A DNA stretch of 64,000 nucleotides from Squalus acanthias. Lineage: Eukaryota. Each line of letters starts with the position of its first letter. Position 1 is the stretch's first letter. This document shows, piece after piece, positions 1 to 12,748 of the stretch. The position numbers and the translations under genes are program-made. Location of the stretch: the NCBI GenBank assembly GCA_030390025.1, contig JASTWF010000121.1, forward strand, positions 310,001-374,000, read 5' to 3'. The notes below the pieces were generated by a model that had not been told where the DNA came from, did no database searches, and saw only the letters and a list, made by a program, of their open reading frames with translations.

Positions 1-630
1 CCTCATGTCGCCTTTGGTTCTTCTGTCAATCAACTTAAATCTGTGTCCTCTGGTTCTCGACCCTTCCGCCAATGGGAACAGTTTCTCTCTATCTACTCTG
101 TCTAGACCCCTCATGATTTTGAACACCTCTATCAAATCTCCTCTCAACCTTCTCTGCTCTAAGGAGAACAACCCCAGCTTCTCCAGTCTGTCCACATAAC
201 TGAAATCCCTCATCCTTGGAACCATTCTCGTAAATCTTTTCTGCACCCTCTCTAAGGGCTTCACATCCTTCCTAAAGTGTAGTGCCCAGAATACTTCAGT
301 TGAGGTTAAACCAGTGTTTTATAAAAGTTCATCATAACTTCCTTGTTTTTGTACTCTCTGCCTCTATTTATGAAGCCCAGGATCCTGTACGCTTTTGTAA
401 CCGCTTTATCAACCTGCCTTGCACCTTCAATGATTTGTGCACATTTACCCCCAGGTCTTGCTGTTCATGCAGTCCCTTTAGGATGGTTCCCTTTAGTTTA
501 TATTGCCTGTCCTCGTTCTTCCTATCAAAATGTATCACTTCGCACTTTTCTGCATTAAATTTCATCTTCCACCTCTCCGTCCATTCCACCAGCCTGTCTA
601 TGTCTTCTTGAAGTCTGTCACTATCCTACT
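1..630 (-). mobile_element. CR1 LINE RT fragment
   Basis: Minus-strand W...WKMKFNAEKCEVIHF...DLGV. Confidence 0.85.
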
Positions 631-738
631 TATGCCTAGTTATGTGCATATACAGTAAACATTGAAAGCGCTGTGAGGCTGTAGGAATGTTTGTTTGGGA
701 CAGCCATGAAAGAATAGCAGGTTTTGAGGAAACCCCTT

Positions 739-915
739 GGGGTGGATCTTGACTTTGTGCGATTGTGTAAACCGGGTGATCGTGAGTCGGGAGCACGTTC
801 TACATCTCTCCCGGTTTTTATTTCTATTGGGATCAATAATCGGGAGAGATGTAGAACGGGCTGCCGACTCGCGATCACCCGTTTTACACAATCGCACAAA
901 GTCAAGATCTACCCC
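739..915. mobile_element. Foldback MITE with about 75-bp inverted arms and a 3-bp CTT target duplication
   Basis: ggggtggatcttgactttgtgcgattgtgtaaa... pairs with ...tttacacaatcgcacaaagtcaagatctacccc; ctt lies on both sides. Confidence 0.8.
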
Positions 916-984
916 CTTGTGACAGACCTGGCTTAAGAACACTGCTGTGCAGCCTTATCTCCACGGTTTGCTTCAGATCGCTCT

Positions 985-1810
985 TACTGGTCGGTTCAGT
1001 GGCAAATGAACTTTAACAGAGATAAATGTGAGGTGATGCACTTTGGTAGGAAAATTAGAAACATCACCGACACCTTAGACAATAAGAAACTGAATGGGGT
1101 GGAAGAGCAAAGGGATCTCGGGATACAGGTGAACAAATCATTAAAAGCAGCATCGCAGGTCAGCAAAGCAATTCAAAATGCTAACAAAGCACGGGGATTT
1201 ATTTCTAGGGGTATCGAATTCAAAAGTAGAGAAGTTACGATAAACTAGTACAGGACCCTGGTCAGGCTACACTTGGAGTACTGCGCACAGTTCAGGTCTC
1301 CAGACTATAAAAAGGACACAGAAGCACAGGAGAAAGTGTGAGGAAGATTTACAAGGATAGTACCGGAACAGAGAGATTACAGCTCTCGGGAAAGATTGAA
1401 CAGGTTGGAGCTTTTTTTCTTTAGGTGACCTGATAGAGGTCTTTAAAATTCTGAATGGGTTGGACAGGGTAGATGTGGAGAGATGTTTCCACTTGTGGGA
1501 GAATCTAAAACCAGGGGCCATAAATACAAGATAGTTATGAATAAATCCAATGGGGAAATGAGGAGAAATGTCTTTACTCAGAGGCTGGTTAGAATGTGGA
1601 ACTCATTACCACAGGAAGTGGTTGGGGCGAATAGCTTAGTTGCTTTTAAAAGGAAACTAGACGAGTACATGAGAGAAAAGGTTGGAGAAAGATCTGCTGA
1701 AAGGCTGAGATGAGGTTGATAGAATGGGAGGAGTCTCGTGTGGAGTATAAAGACCAGCACAGACTAGTTGGGCCGAATGGCCAGTTTCTGTGCGGTATAT
1801 TCTATGTAAT
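985..1810 (+). mobile_element. CR1 LINE 3' fragment
   Basis: MNFNRDKCEVMHFG...; FTQRLVRMWNSLP; gggccgaatggcc tail. Confidence 0.9.
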
Positions 1811-2379
1811 TCGATGTAATATTTGCTGACAATCTGCTGCAAGTTGGTAAGAGCATTCATCGTGTCAGTTAATTCCCACAAGGCCCATTACACCAGTCTT
1901 TTTAGGGAAGGGGCTCCACGATGTGACAGAGGATGGAGTTCCTTCCCTCACTTTATCCAACGTGAGTTTCAGTGCAGCATCAGTAATTCTGGCCGTGTGT
2001 GGTCAAGAAGCGACTGCTGTGCAGCAACTTTGAAGCTTTAAAGCCCTTCCTTTATGCTGCAGGTGAGAATGCAGCTGTTTAAATGTCTGCTCGAGCTCTT
2101 TGAATAAGTGCCAGCTGTGAACGTTGTGCAAATGCTCCTTTAGACAGCCCGTTCTGTGGGCAGGAACTTGCACTGAACGGATAATATATGCCGATCGCAG
2201 TGCATTCAGCAGATGCACTTGTATCACATCACCCACTCCCAAGGTGCAGGCAAACAGGGTTTCCATGCTCTAAGGTTCAGTTCACCTTCAGCACATCATC
2301 ATTTTAAGCAGGTGAAGGTTTTATAAAATGTTGTGCTTCAAGTTGTATTATTATTATTGGTTCTTTTCAATATTAACAG

Positions 2380-2727
2380 GTCCATTGGCTGATCCGGTCC
2401 TTATTCAGGATCCAACAGTCAGCAAGGTATCAGTGGGTGAAACCGTCCAGTTACAATGTGCCATGTACAATGCCAGTGTGAGTGACACTGATGTCCACTG
2501 GCACTACCAGCGACCTGGGAACAACAGCGAGTGGGTGATGAGCCAGTTTGTGAATGGCACCGTTACCAGGTCCCGGGGTTTCCACGACCGTTTTCAGCCT
2601 TCCAGGAATGTCACCAGTAACAGTTACATTCTGACCATCGTGAATGTGTCCCTCAGTGATACTGCTGTCTACAGCTGTGGTGTGTGGAGCTCCATCTATG
2701 GAGCAGGGACCCAGCTCAATGTAACCG
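2380..2727 (+). CDS. Ig V-set (VJ-type, germline-joined) exon of a non-rearranging antigen-receptor-like immune receptor; the leader exon was not identified and is probably upstream
   Basis: Acceptor ttttcaatattaacag|GT, donor ACCG|gtaagt, phase 1/1. Encodes GPLADPVLIQDP...VQLQC...VHW...RFQPSRN...YILTI..V...DTAVYSCGVWSSIYGAGTQLNVT, with B-strand Cys, C-strand Trp, DxAxYxC and a J-like (F/Y)GxGT motif in the same exon. No RSS seen. Confidence 0.95.
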
Positions 2728-3264
2728 GTAAGTCAATGTTAGCTAACACTGGCAGGGTCTCAGTAACAGCACCGTATTGAGTATAAGAACACGAAAGCTA
2801 TGGGATGAGACAAGGCCATTTGGACACTGAGCTCTGTCCTTCCAACAGCAATGCCCAGTTTGTCCAGTCACAGACTCGCCTCCATTCATTTACTGTAAGT
2901 TGGCAGATAACCACAGGGAACACTTGTAAAGAAATGTCCTCCCAACCATCCCCACAGCAACTGCGCAGAAACACCACGACAGGGAATTAGTCCAATGAGA
3001 TTCAATCTTTAAAATAAAATAATGTAAATGTTGGAAATCCGAAATAAAACAGAAAATGCTAGAAATACATAACAGGCCGATGCCCATCTGTACAGAGAAA
3101 GGCCGGGCTCATGTTTTGGGCTTATAGCCTGAATAAACTGGGGAAAAACAGCCCCTTTTAGACTCAACAAGATGAAGTGGGGAACAGGGCAGAGAGAAGA
3201 GCTGAAAGACAACAGGCCTCACAAAGAGGCAGCTGATTGGTTCAGTGACCCGCCAACAGGTTTA

Positions 3265-6200
3265 TAATAAATAAAAACAGAAAATGCTGGAAATACTCAG
3301 CAAGTCAGGCAGCATCTGTGGAGAGAGAAACAGAGTTAATGTTGCAGGTCGATGACCCTTTGTCAGAACTGGAAAAAGCTGGAGATGAAACAGGTTTTTA
3401 AGCAAGTGTGGGGTCAGGGAGAGGGGGAGGGGAGGAAAGAACAAAAGGGAAGGTCTGTGATAGGATGGAAGGCAGGAGAGATTAAGAGACAAAAGGGATG
3501 ATGGTGCAAGGCAAAAGGAGATGGTAATGGGACAAGTTAAGAAACAAAAGATGACTCGAGATGAAGTGTAAATGACAATGGCAGCATGATCGACAGCTGC
3601 CATGTGAGAGAGAAAAAATGGAAAAAAAAGATTGGGGCAGAGGTTATAGTCTGAAAATGTTGAACTCAATGTTGAGTCCAGAAGGCTGTAAAGTGCCTAA
3701 TCGAAAGATGAGGTGCTGTTCCTCAAGCTCACATTGAGCTTCATTTGAACAATGTAAGAGGCCGACAATGGAGAGGTCTGAGTGGGAATGGAGCGGAGAA
3801 TTAAAGTGACAGGCGACCGGAAGCTCGGGGTCCCCCTTACGGACTGAACGGAGGTGTTCCGCAAAGCGGTCACCCAATCTGCGTTTGGTCTCCCCAATGT
3901 AGAGGAGACCACATCGTGAGCAGAGAATACAGTATACTAAATTGCAAGAAGTACAAGTAAATCGCTGTTTCACCTGGAAGGAGTGTTTGAGGCCCTGGAC
4001 AGTGGGAAGGGGGAGGTATAAGGGCATGTGTTGCATCTCCTGCGCTTGCATGGTAAGGTGCCGGGCCAAGGGGAAGGGGTGTTTGGGGTGAGGGAGGAGT
4101 GGACCAGGGTGTCGCGGAGGGAGCGGTCCCTTCGGAATGCTGAAAGGGGAGGTGAGGGGAAGATACATTTGGTGGTGGGATCACGTTGGAGGTGGCGGAA
4201 ATGGCGGAGGATGATCCGTTGAATGTGCAGGCTGGTGGGGTGAAAGATGAGGACAAGGGGAACTCTATCGTGGTTCCGGGAGGGAGGGGCAGGGGTGAGA
4301 GCAGAAGTGCGGGAAATAGAACGGACACGGTCAAGGGCCATGTCAACAAAAGTAGAGGGGAATTCTCAGTTGAGGAAAAAAGAAGACATGTCGGAAGCAC
4401 TAGTATGGAAGGTGGCATCGTCAGAGCAGATGCGGCGGAGATGGAGAAACTGGGAGAATGGAATAGAGTCCTTACAGGAGGTGGGGTGGGAGGAAGTGTA
4501 GTCCAGGTAGCTGTGGGAGTCAGTGGGCTTGTAGTGAATATTTGTCAAGAGCCTATCCCCAGAGATGGAGACAGAGAAGTCGAGGAAGGGAAGGGAAGAG
4601 TCGGAGATGGACCATGAGAAAGTGAGGGAAGGGTGGAAATTGGAAGCAAAGTGAATGAAATTATCTAACTCAGGGCGTGAGCAGGAAACAGCACCAATAC
4701 AGTCATCAATGTACCGGAAAAAGAGGTGAGGAGGGGACCTCAGTAGGACTGGAACAAAGTATGTTCCACATATCTCATGAAAAGGCAGGCATAGCTAGGA
4801 CCCATGCGGGTTCCCATAGCAACACCTTTGATTTGGAGGAAGTGAGTGGAGTCAAAAGAGAAGCAGTTCAATGTGAGAACAAGTTCAGCCAGGCGGAGGA
4901 GGGTGGTGGTTGATGGGGATTGGTTGGGCCTCTGTTCAAGGAAGAAGCGGAGCGCCCTCAGGCCATCCTGGTGGGGAATGGAGGTGTAGAGGGATTGGAC
5001 GTCCATAGTGAAAAGGAGACGGTTGGGGCCAGGAAACTGGGAACTGTTAAAGTGGCGGAGGGCGTCGGAAGAGTCGCGAATGTAGGTGGGAAGAGACTGG
5101 ACAAGGGGAGAAAAAATAGAGTCGAGTTAGGAAGAGATAAGTTCCGTGGGGCAAGAACAGGCTGAAACGATGGGTCTACCAGGGCAGTCCTGATTGTGGA
5201 TCTTGGGAAGGAGGAGGTTCTTGGGGAGGTGGGACCAGTACAAATGGGACGGTCTGCACCTGGGCAGGGCCAGGACCGATGTCCTAGGGGGAGTGTTTGC
5301 TAGTGCTGTTGGGGAGGGTTTAAACGAAAGTGGCAGGGGGTTGGGAACCTGAGCAGGGAGACAGAGGAAAGGGAAACAAGGATAAAAGAAAAAGACAGGA
5401 AGGAGAAAAACAAAAGTAGAAGGCAAAGAACTCAATGGTTTAAATCAAACATGGTCACTGTAAATAATAATTCATATAGTTCTGAGTGCGTTAAAAAAAC
5501 AAGCCTGAAGGCTTTGTGTCTTAATGCAAGGAGCATTCGGAACAAGGTGGATGAATTTGCTGCGCAAATAGAGGTAAATGAATATGATTTGATTGGGATT
5601 ACAGAAACATGGCTCCAGGGTGGCCAAGGCTGGGAACGCAACATCCAGGGGTATTCAATATTTAGGAAAGATAGGCAAAAAAGAAAGGGAGGTGGAGTAG
5701 CATTGCTGGTTAAAGAGGGGATTAACACAATTGAAAGGAAGGATATTAGCTCTGATGATGCGGAATCTGTATGGATAGAACTGAGAAATAACAAGGGGCA
5801 GAAAATGTTAGTGGGAGTGGTATATAGACCTCCAAACAGTAATATGGAGGTTGGGGACAGCATTAAAAGGGAAATTAGAGAAGCATGCAGTAAGGGCACA
5901 GCAGTCATCATGGGTGACTTTAATTTACATATAGATTGGGCTAACCAAATTAGTAAAAATACTATGGAGGAGGAATTCCTAGAATGTTTACGGGATGGTT
6001 ATCTGGAACAATATGTCGAGGAACCAACCAGAGATCAGGTCATCTTAGACTGGGTATTATGTAATGAGAAAAGATTAATTAGCAATCTTGTTGTATGAGG
6101 CCCCTTGGGTCAGAGTGATCATAATATGATAGAATTCTTCATTAGGATGGAGAGTGAAGTAGTTGAATCAGAGACTAGGGTCCTGAATTTAAATAAAGGA

Positions 6201-9160
6201 AACTATGATGGTATGAGGCGCGAATTGGGTAGGATTGATTGGGGAATGTCAGTCAAAGGGTTGACGGTGGATAGGCAATGGCAAACATTCAAAGACTGCA
6301 TATATGAACTACAGAATTAGTTCATCCCAGTGTGGCATAAGAATAAAACAAAAAGGGTGACTCAACCGTGGCTAACAAAGGAAATTAGGGATAGCATAAG
6401 ATTCAAGGAGTGGGCATATAAATTGGCCAGAAAAAGCGGTAACCCTGAGGATTGGGAGCAGTTTAGGATTCAACAAAGGAGGACCACGGGATTAATTAAG
6501 AAGGGGAAAATAGAATATGAAAGTAAGCTTGCTGGGAAAATAAAAACTGACTGTAAGAGCTTTTATAGATATGTGAAGAGAATTTGGAACTGTACCTATG
6601 GATTGGAGGGTAGCTAATGTTACCCCACTTTTCAAAAAGGGTTGCAGAGAGAAAGCGGGGAATTACAGACTGGTAAGCCTGACATCGGTAGTGGGGAAAA
6701 TGCTAGAGTCCATTATAAAGGATGTAATAGCAGAGCATTTGAAAAACAGTGACAGGATCGAACAAAGTCAACATGGATTTACAAAAAGTAAATCGTGCTT
6801 GACTAATCTACTGGAATTTTTTGAGGATGTAACTGGGAAAATAGATAAGGGACAACCAGTAGATGTGGTGTATTTGGACTTTCAAAAGGCTTTCGATAAG
6901 GTCCCGCATAAGAGATTAGCGTGTAAAGTTAAGGCACATGGGATTGGGGGCAAGGTATTGACTTGGATAGAGAACTGGTTGGCGGACAGAAAGCAGAGAG
7001 TAGGAATTAATGGGTCTTTTTCCGAGTGGCAAGCAGTGACTCGTGGGGTACCGCAGGGATCGGTCCTTGGACCCCAGCTATTCACAATATACATTAATGA
7101 TCTAGATAAGGGAACTAAATGTAATATCTCCAAGTTTGCAGATGACACAAAGCTGGGTGGGAGTGTGTGCTGCGAGGAGGATACCGAGAAGCTCCAGCAT
7201 GATTTGGACAGGTTGGGTGAGTGGGCAGAAGCGTGGCAGATGCAATATAAAGTGGATAAATGCGAGGTTATCCACTTTGGTGTCAAAAACAGAAAGGCAG
7301 ACTATTATCTGAATGGCAATAGATTGGGAGAAGGGGAAGTGCAATGAGACCTGGGTGTCCTTGTGCACCAGTCGCTGAAGGTAAGCATGCAGGTGCAGCA
7401 GGTAGTGAAGAAGGCAAATGGTATGTTGGCCTTCATAGTGAAAGGGTTTGAGTATAGGAACAGGGATGTCCTGCTGCAGTTATACAAGGCCTTGGTGAGA
7501 CCACACATTGAGTACTGTGTGCAATTTTGGTCACCTTATCTGAGGAAGGATGTTCTTGCCATGGAAGGAGTTCAGTGAAGATTCACAAGGCTGATACCTG
7601 GGATGGCAGGAATGACATATGAGGAGAGATTGAGTCGATTGGGCTTATACTCGCTAGAGTATAGAAGAATGAGAGGGGATCTCATCGAAACATATAAAAT
7701 TCTGACAGGTCTGGACAAACTGGATGTAGGAAGAATGTTCCCAATGGTCGGAGAGTCCAAAACCAGGGGTCATAATCTAAGGATAAGGGGTAAGCCATTT
7801 AGGACAGAAATGAGGAAGAATTTCTTCACCCAGAGAGTGGTGAACCTGTGGAATTCTCTACCACAGAAGGTAGTTGAGGCCAAGTCATTAAATATATTCA
7901 AGAATGAGTTAGATATATTTCTTAAAGCTAAATGTATCAAGGGATATGGGGAGAAGGCAGGTACAGGGTACTGAGTTTGGATGATCAGGCATGATCTCAT
8001 CGAATGGCGGAGCAGGCTCGAGGGGCCGAATGGCCTACTCCTGCTCCTATCTTCTAAGCGGGCTGTGCGGGGTTGGGGAACTATGAGGTTGGCGGCCGTG
8101 GAGGGTTGATCTCCAGAAGAGATGAGGTCAGTGACGGTCTTGGAAACGGTGGCTTGATGTTCGGTAGTGGGGTCATGGTCCAGGCGGAGGAAGGAGGAGG
8201 TGTCAGAGAGTTACCGTTCAGCTTCCGCTAGGTAGAGGTCGGTTCGCCAAACAACAATAGCACCACCCTTGTCAGCAGATTTAATGACAATGTTGGGGTT
8301 GGATCTGAGAGAATGGAGTGCTGCAAGTTCAGAGGGAGGTTGGTTGGAGTGAGAGAGGGGAGCAGAGAAATTGAGACGGCCGATGTCATGCCGGCAGTTT
8401 GCAATGAAAAGGTCTAGAGAGGGTAAGAGGCCAGAGGAAAGGGTCCAGGTAGAACGAGAATTCTGAAAACGGGAGAAAGGGTCAGCTGTGCGGGGGGAAG
8501 ACTCCTGGCCAAAGAAGTGGGCACGGAGACGAAGGCGGCGGAAAAAGAGCTCAGCATCGTGCCGAGCTCGAAATTCATTGAGATGGGGTCGTAAGAGGAT
8601 GGAGCTCAGGCCTTTGCTGAGGACTGATCATTCGGGGTCAGAGAGGGGAAGGTCAGAGGGGATAGTGAAAACACGGCAGGGGTTGAGATTGGGAGAAGAG
8701 TTGGGGTCAGAGGAAAGTGAAGAGGAAGAAGGTTCCGGAGGGGTGTTGGTGTCCAAGAGTTGTTGAAGCTTGCGATCCTTGACACCTGAAAGGAAGAAAA
8801 AAAGTTTTTTGTTAAAGCGCTGGATGAGGCGAAGGATGAAATGGAACTGAGACCAGGACAGCTTTGAGATAGAGTGAGTCGGTGCTGCTGAAGAGAGAGG
8901 CTGAGAGGTTTATAATAAAGCTGGAAAGAGGTGTCTCCAGGAGGCAACAACGAGGGATTAAAACAGGAAAAGGATGTGAAAATAGCTCCATGTGAAAAGG
9001 CACAGGGATATACACAGCAAATAAACTCCAGAATCAAGTGGACGGAGATGGAAAACATGGAAAGAAAAATGGGAGATTAAAAAGAAAAAAACTGTAAATG
9101 CTGGAAATCTAATATAAATGCCTAAAATATTGGAAAAATACAACACGCCCGTCAGCACCC
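3265..9160 (-). mobile_element. Penelope-like retroelement (RT and GIY-YIG endonuclease), interrupted by a CR1 at about 5218-8056
   Basis: MDVQSLYTSIPH, QIKGVAMGTRMGPSYACLF and VYCILCSRCGLLYIGETKRRLGDRFAEH. The sequence resumes across the CR1 (gggaaggagg...aagcgggctgtgcgg). Confidence 0.92.
5218..8056 (+). mobile_element. CR1 (HER1-like) LINE: end of ORF1 esterase, APE endonuclease, RT; internal deletion near 6580 and several stops
   Basis: DGLHL; LNARSIRNK, GITETW, MGDFN, SDH; GVPQGSVLGP, FADD; 3' tail gggccgaatggcctactcctgctcct. Confidence 0.95.
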
Positions 9161-9789
9161 AAAGAGAAAAGACATGTCAACACCGTGAGTGCTGACCCCC
9201 GACACCCCCACCAGCCCTGTTGTTGTTCTCCAGCACCCACTGCTTATAAGAAGACAGAGGAGGGGAGATAGCCAATGGCTGAAGCTGACAAAGTCAATTC
9301 CCCTGAAATTCTGATAGTTCAGCCACCTAACTATTGATTAATGAAGTAAAACAGAATGAGGCTTGCTGAGAAGATACTTTCACACTTACCACCTCAGATT
9401 GAAGAAAAGAATCAGCTGGTCGCAAATCTGCAGCTGCCAATTGCCCACCAACTTCGCCATCTCCAATCCCATCTGCAACTGATCACCCCATGGAGCGAGA
9501 ACTCAGAGCTGAACAGAGGCATGGCGTGAAAACGTGAAGACCAATACTTCTGACCCAGTGAGGGCTGACACTGAAAGCTTCACACTAAGTAGCATGTAGG
9601 GGGAGTTGGTGATGCATCATATTGGGAGAGGTGTCCAAAAACTTGCTCAAAGAGTGGATTTTCAGGAGGGTCTTAAAAGAGGAGAGGGAGGTGGAGAGGC
9701 ATAGGGGTTGAGGCAGGGAACTCGGGCGTGGGGCCTAGGCAACTGAAGGCACGACTGCCAATGGTGGGATAAAGTGGGGGAACATACGA

Positions 9790-10600
9790 ATGGGAGGAGG
9801 CCATTCAGCCCCTCGAGCTGTTCTCTCATTCTATTAGATCATGGCTGATCTGTACCTCAACTCCAGTTACTCGCCTTTGATCCATATCCCTTGATACCCT
9901 GACCTAATCAAAATCTGTCAATCTGAGCCTCGGAAATGTCAATAAACCCAGAATCCTCAGCCTTTTGGGGGAGGGGGGTTTCAGATTTCCACTATTCTCT
10001 CTGTGGAAAAGTGCTTCCTGATTTCACTCCTGCATGGCCAAGCCTGAGATTGTGCCCCCTTGTTCTGGACTTGCCTCACCAGATGAAATAGTTTTTCTGT
10101 ACCTACCTTTAAACACCTCGATTCGATCACCCCTCAATCTACTAAACTCAAGGGAATAAAAGCCAAGTTTATGAAACCTGTCCTCATAATTTAACCCTTT
10201 TAGCCGCGGTATCATTCTGGTGAATCTGTACCTGGAGCCCCTCCAAGGCCAATATATCCTCCTGAGGTGTGGTGGCCAGAACTGACCGCAGTGTCCAGAT
10301 GGGGGCTGACCAAGGCTCAGTGCAGCAGGAGCATCGCTTCCTCCCCTTTGTATTGTCGCCATGTTGTGATAAAGGCCAATGTTCCATCAACCTTTCTGAT
10401 AGTTTCTAGCTGTTCTCTGGTTTTTAGTGATATTTGTACCTGGACACCCAAATCTCTTCACTCCCCCACAGTTCCCAGTTTCTCACCATGATGAAAATGT
10501 TCCTATTTGTCTTCCTTTGGATCCAAAGTGGATGGCCGCACAATTCCTCACGTTGAACTCCATTTGCCAGTTTTGCTCACTTATTTAGTCTGCCGATGTC
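9790..10600 (-). mobile_element. Degenerate CR1 3' fragment
   Basis: RFTRMIPRLKGLNYEDR...YSLEFSRLRGDRIEVFK on the minus strand. Confidence 0.8.
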
Positions 10601-11022
10601 CCTTTGTGTTCTGACGAAGGGTCATCGAGCTGAAACGTTAACTCTGTTTCTCTCTCCACAGATGCTGCCTGACCTGCTGAGTATTTCCAGCATTCTCTGC
10701 TTTTATTTCCCTTTCTAACTTGCTGCTCCCATCCACTTAACTTACTGTCCCTTCCAAACGCTCTATGTTCAAGCTAACAGTGGCCGGAATGTCCTGGGAA
10801 CTGTCTGGGTCTATACCACACGTCTGGTGAAGTTATGGCGCCACAGTGAAGCAACTCCCGGCCGTGATCCCCCCAGGTTTCCATTATGCTGGGTGCCCTG
10901 CTCAATCTGAATTCCACCCTGATTTGATTTTCCCATTGTTACCATTTCACATTTCACTGTCTGAAGAGAATCTGATGTCTTTCCCTGGTCTTCTGCCTTA
11001 AACATGTCATTTCCTTTCACAG

Positions 11023-11157
11023 TTTCTGAAACTCAAATGGATCGAGTCGTGAAGATGATCCTTGTCTGGATCATTCTGGGTGCTGTGCTGGGAGTCGCTG
11101 TTGTTACTAGAGGCATTTTACTCATCAGACACACACTTTGTGGAAAAGAACAATCCC
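11023..11157 (+). CDS. Cassette A transmembrane exon (TM1)
   Basis: tttcctttcacag|...|gtatgt, phase 1 to phase 1. Encodes (V)SETQMDRVVKMILVWIILGAVLGVAVVTRGILLIRHTLCGKEQS, in frame with the V exon. Confidence 0.88.
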
Positions 11158-11464
11158 GTATGTGACTAAATAATTCAGTTTGACTTGATTGTTATGCAAT
11201 TGTATGGAATCATAGAATGATACAGCACAGAAGGAGGCCATTTGGCCCATCGTGCCGGCTCTTTAGTAGACCTATCCCATTAGCCCCACTCCCCTGCTCT
11301 TTCCCCATAGCCCTGGGAATTTTTCTGCTTCAAGTATTTATCCAATTCCCTTTTGAAAGTTATTATTGAGTCTGCTTGCACCGCCCTTTCAGGCAGTGAA
11401 AATGTGTCTATTCTCAGAATGTGGGTGTCGCTGGCAAGGCCGGCATTTATTGCCCATTCCTAAT

Positions 11465-12400
11465 TAAGAAACTTAACTGGACCAGCCACATAAATACTGT
11501 GGCTATAAGATCAGGTCAGAGGCTGGGTATTCTGCGGCGAGTGTCTCACCTCCTGACTCCCCAAAGTCTTTTCACCATCTACAAGGCACAAGTCAGGAGT
11601 GTGATGGAATACTCTCCACTTGCCTGGATAAGTGCAATTCCAACAACACTCAAGAAGCTCGACACCATCCAAGACAAAGCAGCCCACTTGATTGGCACCT
11701 CATCCGCCACCTTAAACATTCAATCCCTCCACCACCGGTGCACCGTGGCTGCAGTGTGTACCATCTACAAGATGCACTGCAGCAACTCACCAAGACTACT
11801 TCAGCAGCACCTCCCAAACCTGCGACCTCATCCACCGAGAAGGACAAGGGCAGCAGGCGCATGGAAACACCACGACATCCAGGTTCCCCTCCAAGTCACA
11901 CACCATCTGATTTGGAAGTATATTGCCGATCCTTCATCGTCGCTGGGTCAAAATCCTGGAACTCCCTCCCTAACAGCACTTTGGGAGTACCTTCACCACA
12001 CGGACTGCAGCAGTTCAAGAAGGCGGCTCACCACCACCTTCGCAAGGGCAATTAGGGATGAGCAATAAATGCTGGCCTTGCCAGTGACACCCACATCCCA
12101 TAAACAAATAAAAAATTGCCCTTGAGAAAGTGGTGGTGAGCTGCCTTCTTGAACCGCTGCAGTCCGTGTGGTGAAGGTACTCCCACAGTGCTGTTAGGGA
12201 GAGAGTTCCAGGATTTTGACCCAGCGACGATGAAGGAACGGCGATATACTTCCAAGACATGATGATGTGTGACTTGGAGGGGAACTTGGAGGTGGTGGTG
12301 TTCCCATGTGCCTGCTGCCCTTGTCCTTCTAGGTGGAAGAGCTCACGGGTTTGGGAGGTGTCAGAAAACCCTTGGCGAGTTGTTGCAGTGCATCCTGTAT
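11465..12400. mobile_element. Two 3' fragments of a second LINE family in inverted orientation (+ 11465-12113, - 12117-12400)
   Basis: YKAQVRSVMEYSPLAW; tail aataaatgctggccttgccagtgacacccacatccca; the reverse-complement copy follows directly. Confidence 0.85.
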
Positions 12401-12674
12401 AGAAATGATTCTGGGACTAATAAAGGGATGTGTTTTGGTGATCTGCAGACTGCATTGCAAGTTAATATCAGCCCATCTACATTGCATCAGATATTGGGAG
12501 TAAAGTGGAACCACAGTCAGGCTCAGATTCACTTTTATAACAATAAGAAAGCTGGTGAATATCCTTCATTATTTTTCTAACCTTTGCTTTCAGAATTGAA
12601 TTAACATTCAGGGAAATGTTCTCAATAACACATAACACTTGGCTGTTGGTGACATTTTATCCTTTATTTCACAG

Positions 12675-12748
12675 TCTCATCAGGGACAACTGGTGACCAG
12701 AGCCCACCTGCAGATTACGATAACCTTCCTGCTGCAGGACACAGGCGG
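12675..12748 (+). CDS. Cassette A cytoplasmic exon 1 (YDNL motif)
   Basis: cctttatttcacag|...|gtgagt, phase 1 to 0. Encodes (L)SSGTTGDQSPPADYDNLPAAGHRR. Confidence 0.8.

Noticed and set aside
1933-2061. Candidate leader exons ending at gtgagt (about 1962) or gtgaga (about 2062)
   Set aside because: The first is phase 2, and neither encodes a hydrophobic signal peptide from an ATG.
2328-2379. ATG at 2328 as the start or signal peptide of the V ORF
   Set aside because: It overlaps a clear intronic T-rich tract and AG acceptor; a separate leader exon is more likely, though not located.
10842-10880. cacagtg heptamer as a recombination signal sequence
   Set aside because: No nonamer at 12 or 23 spacing and no adjacent gene segment.
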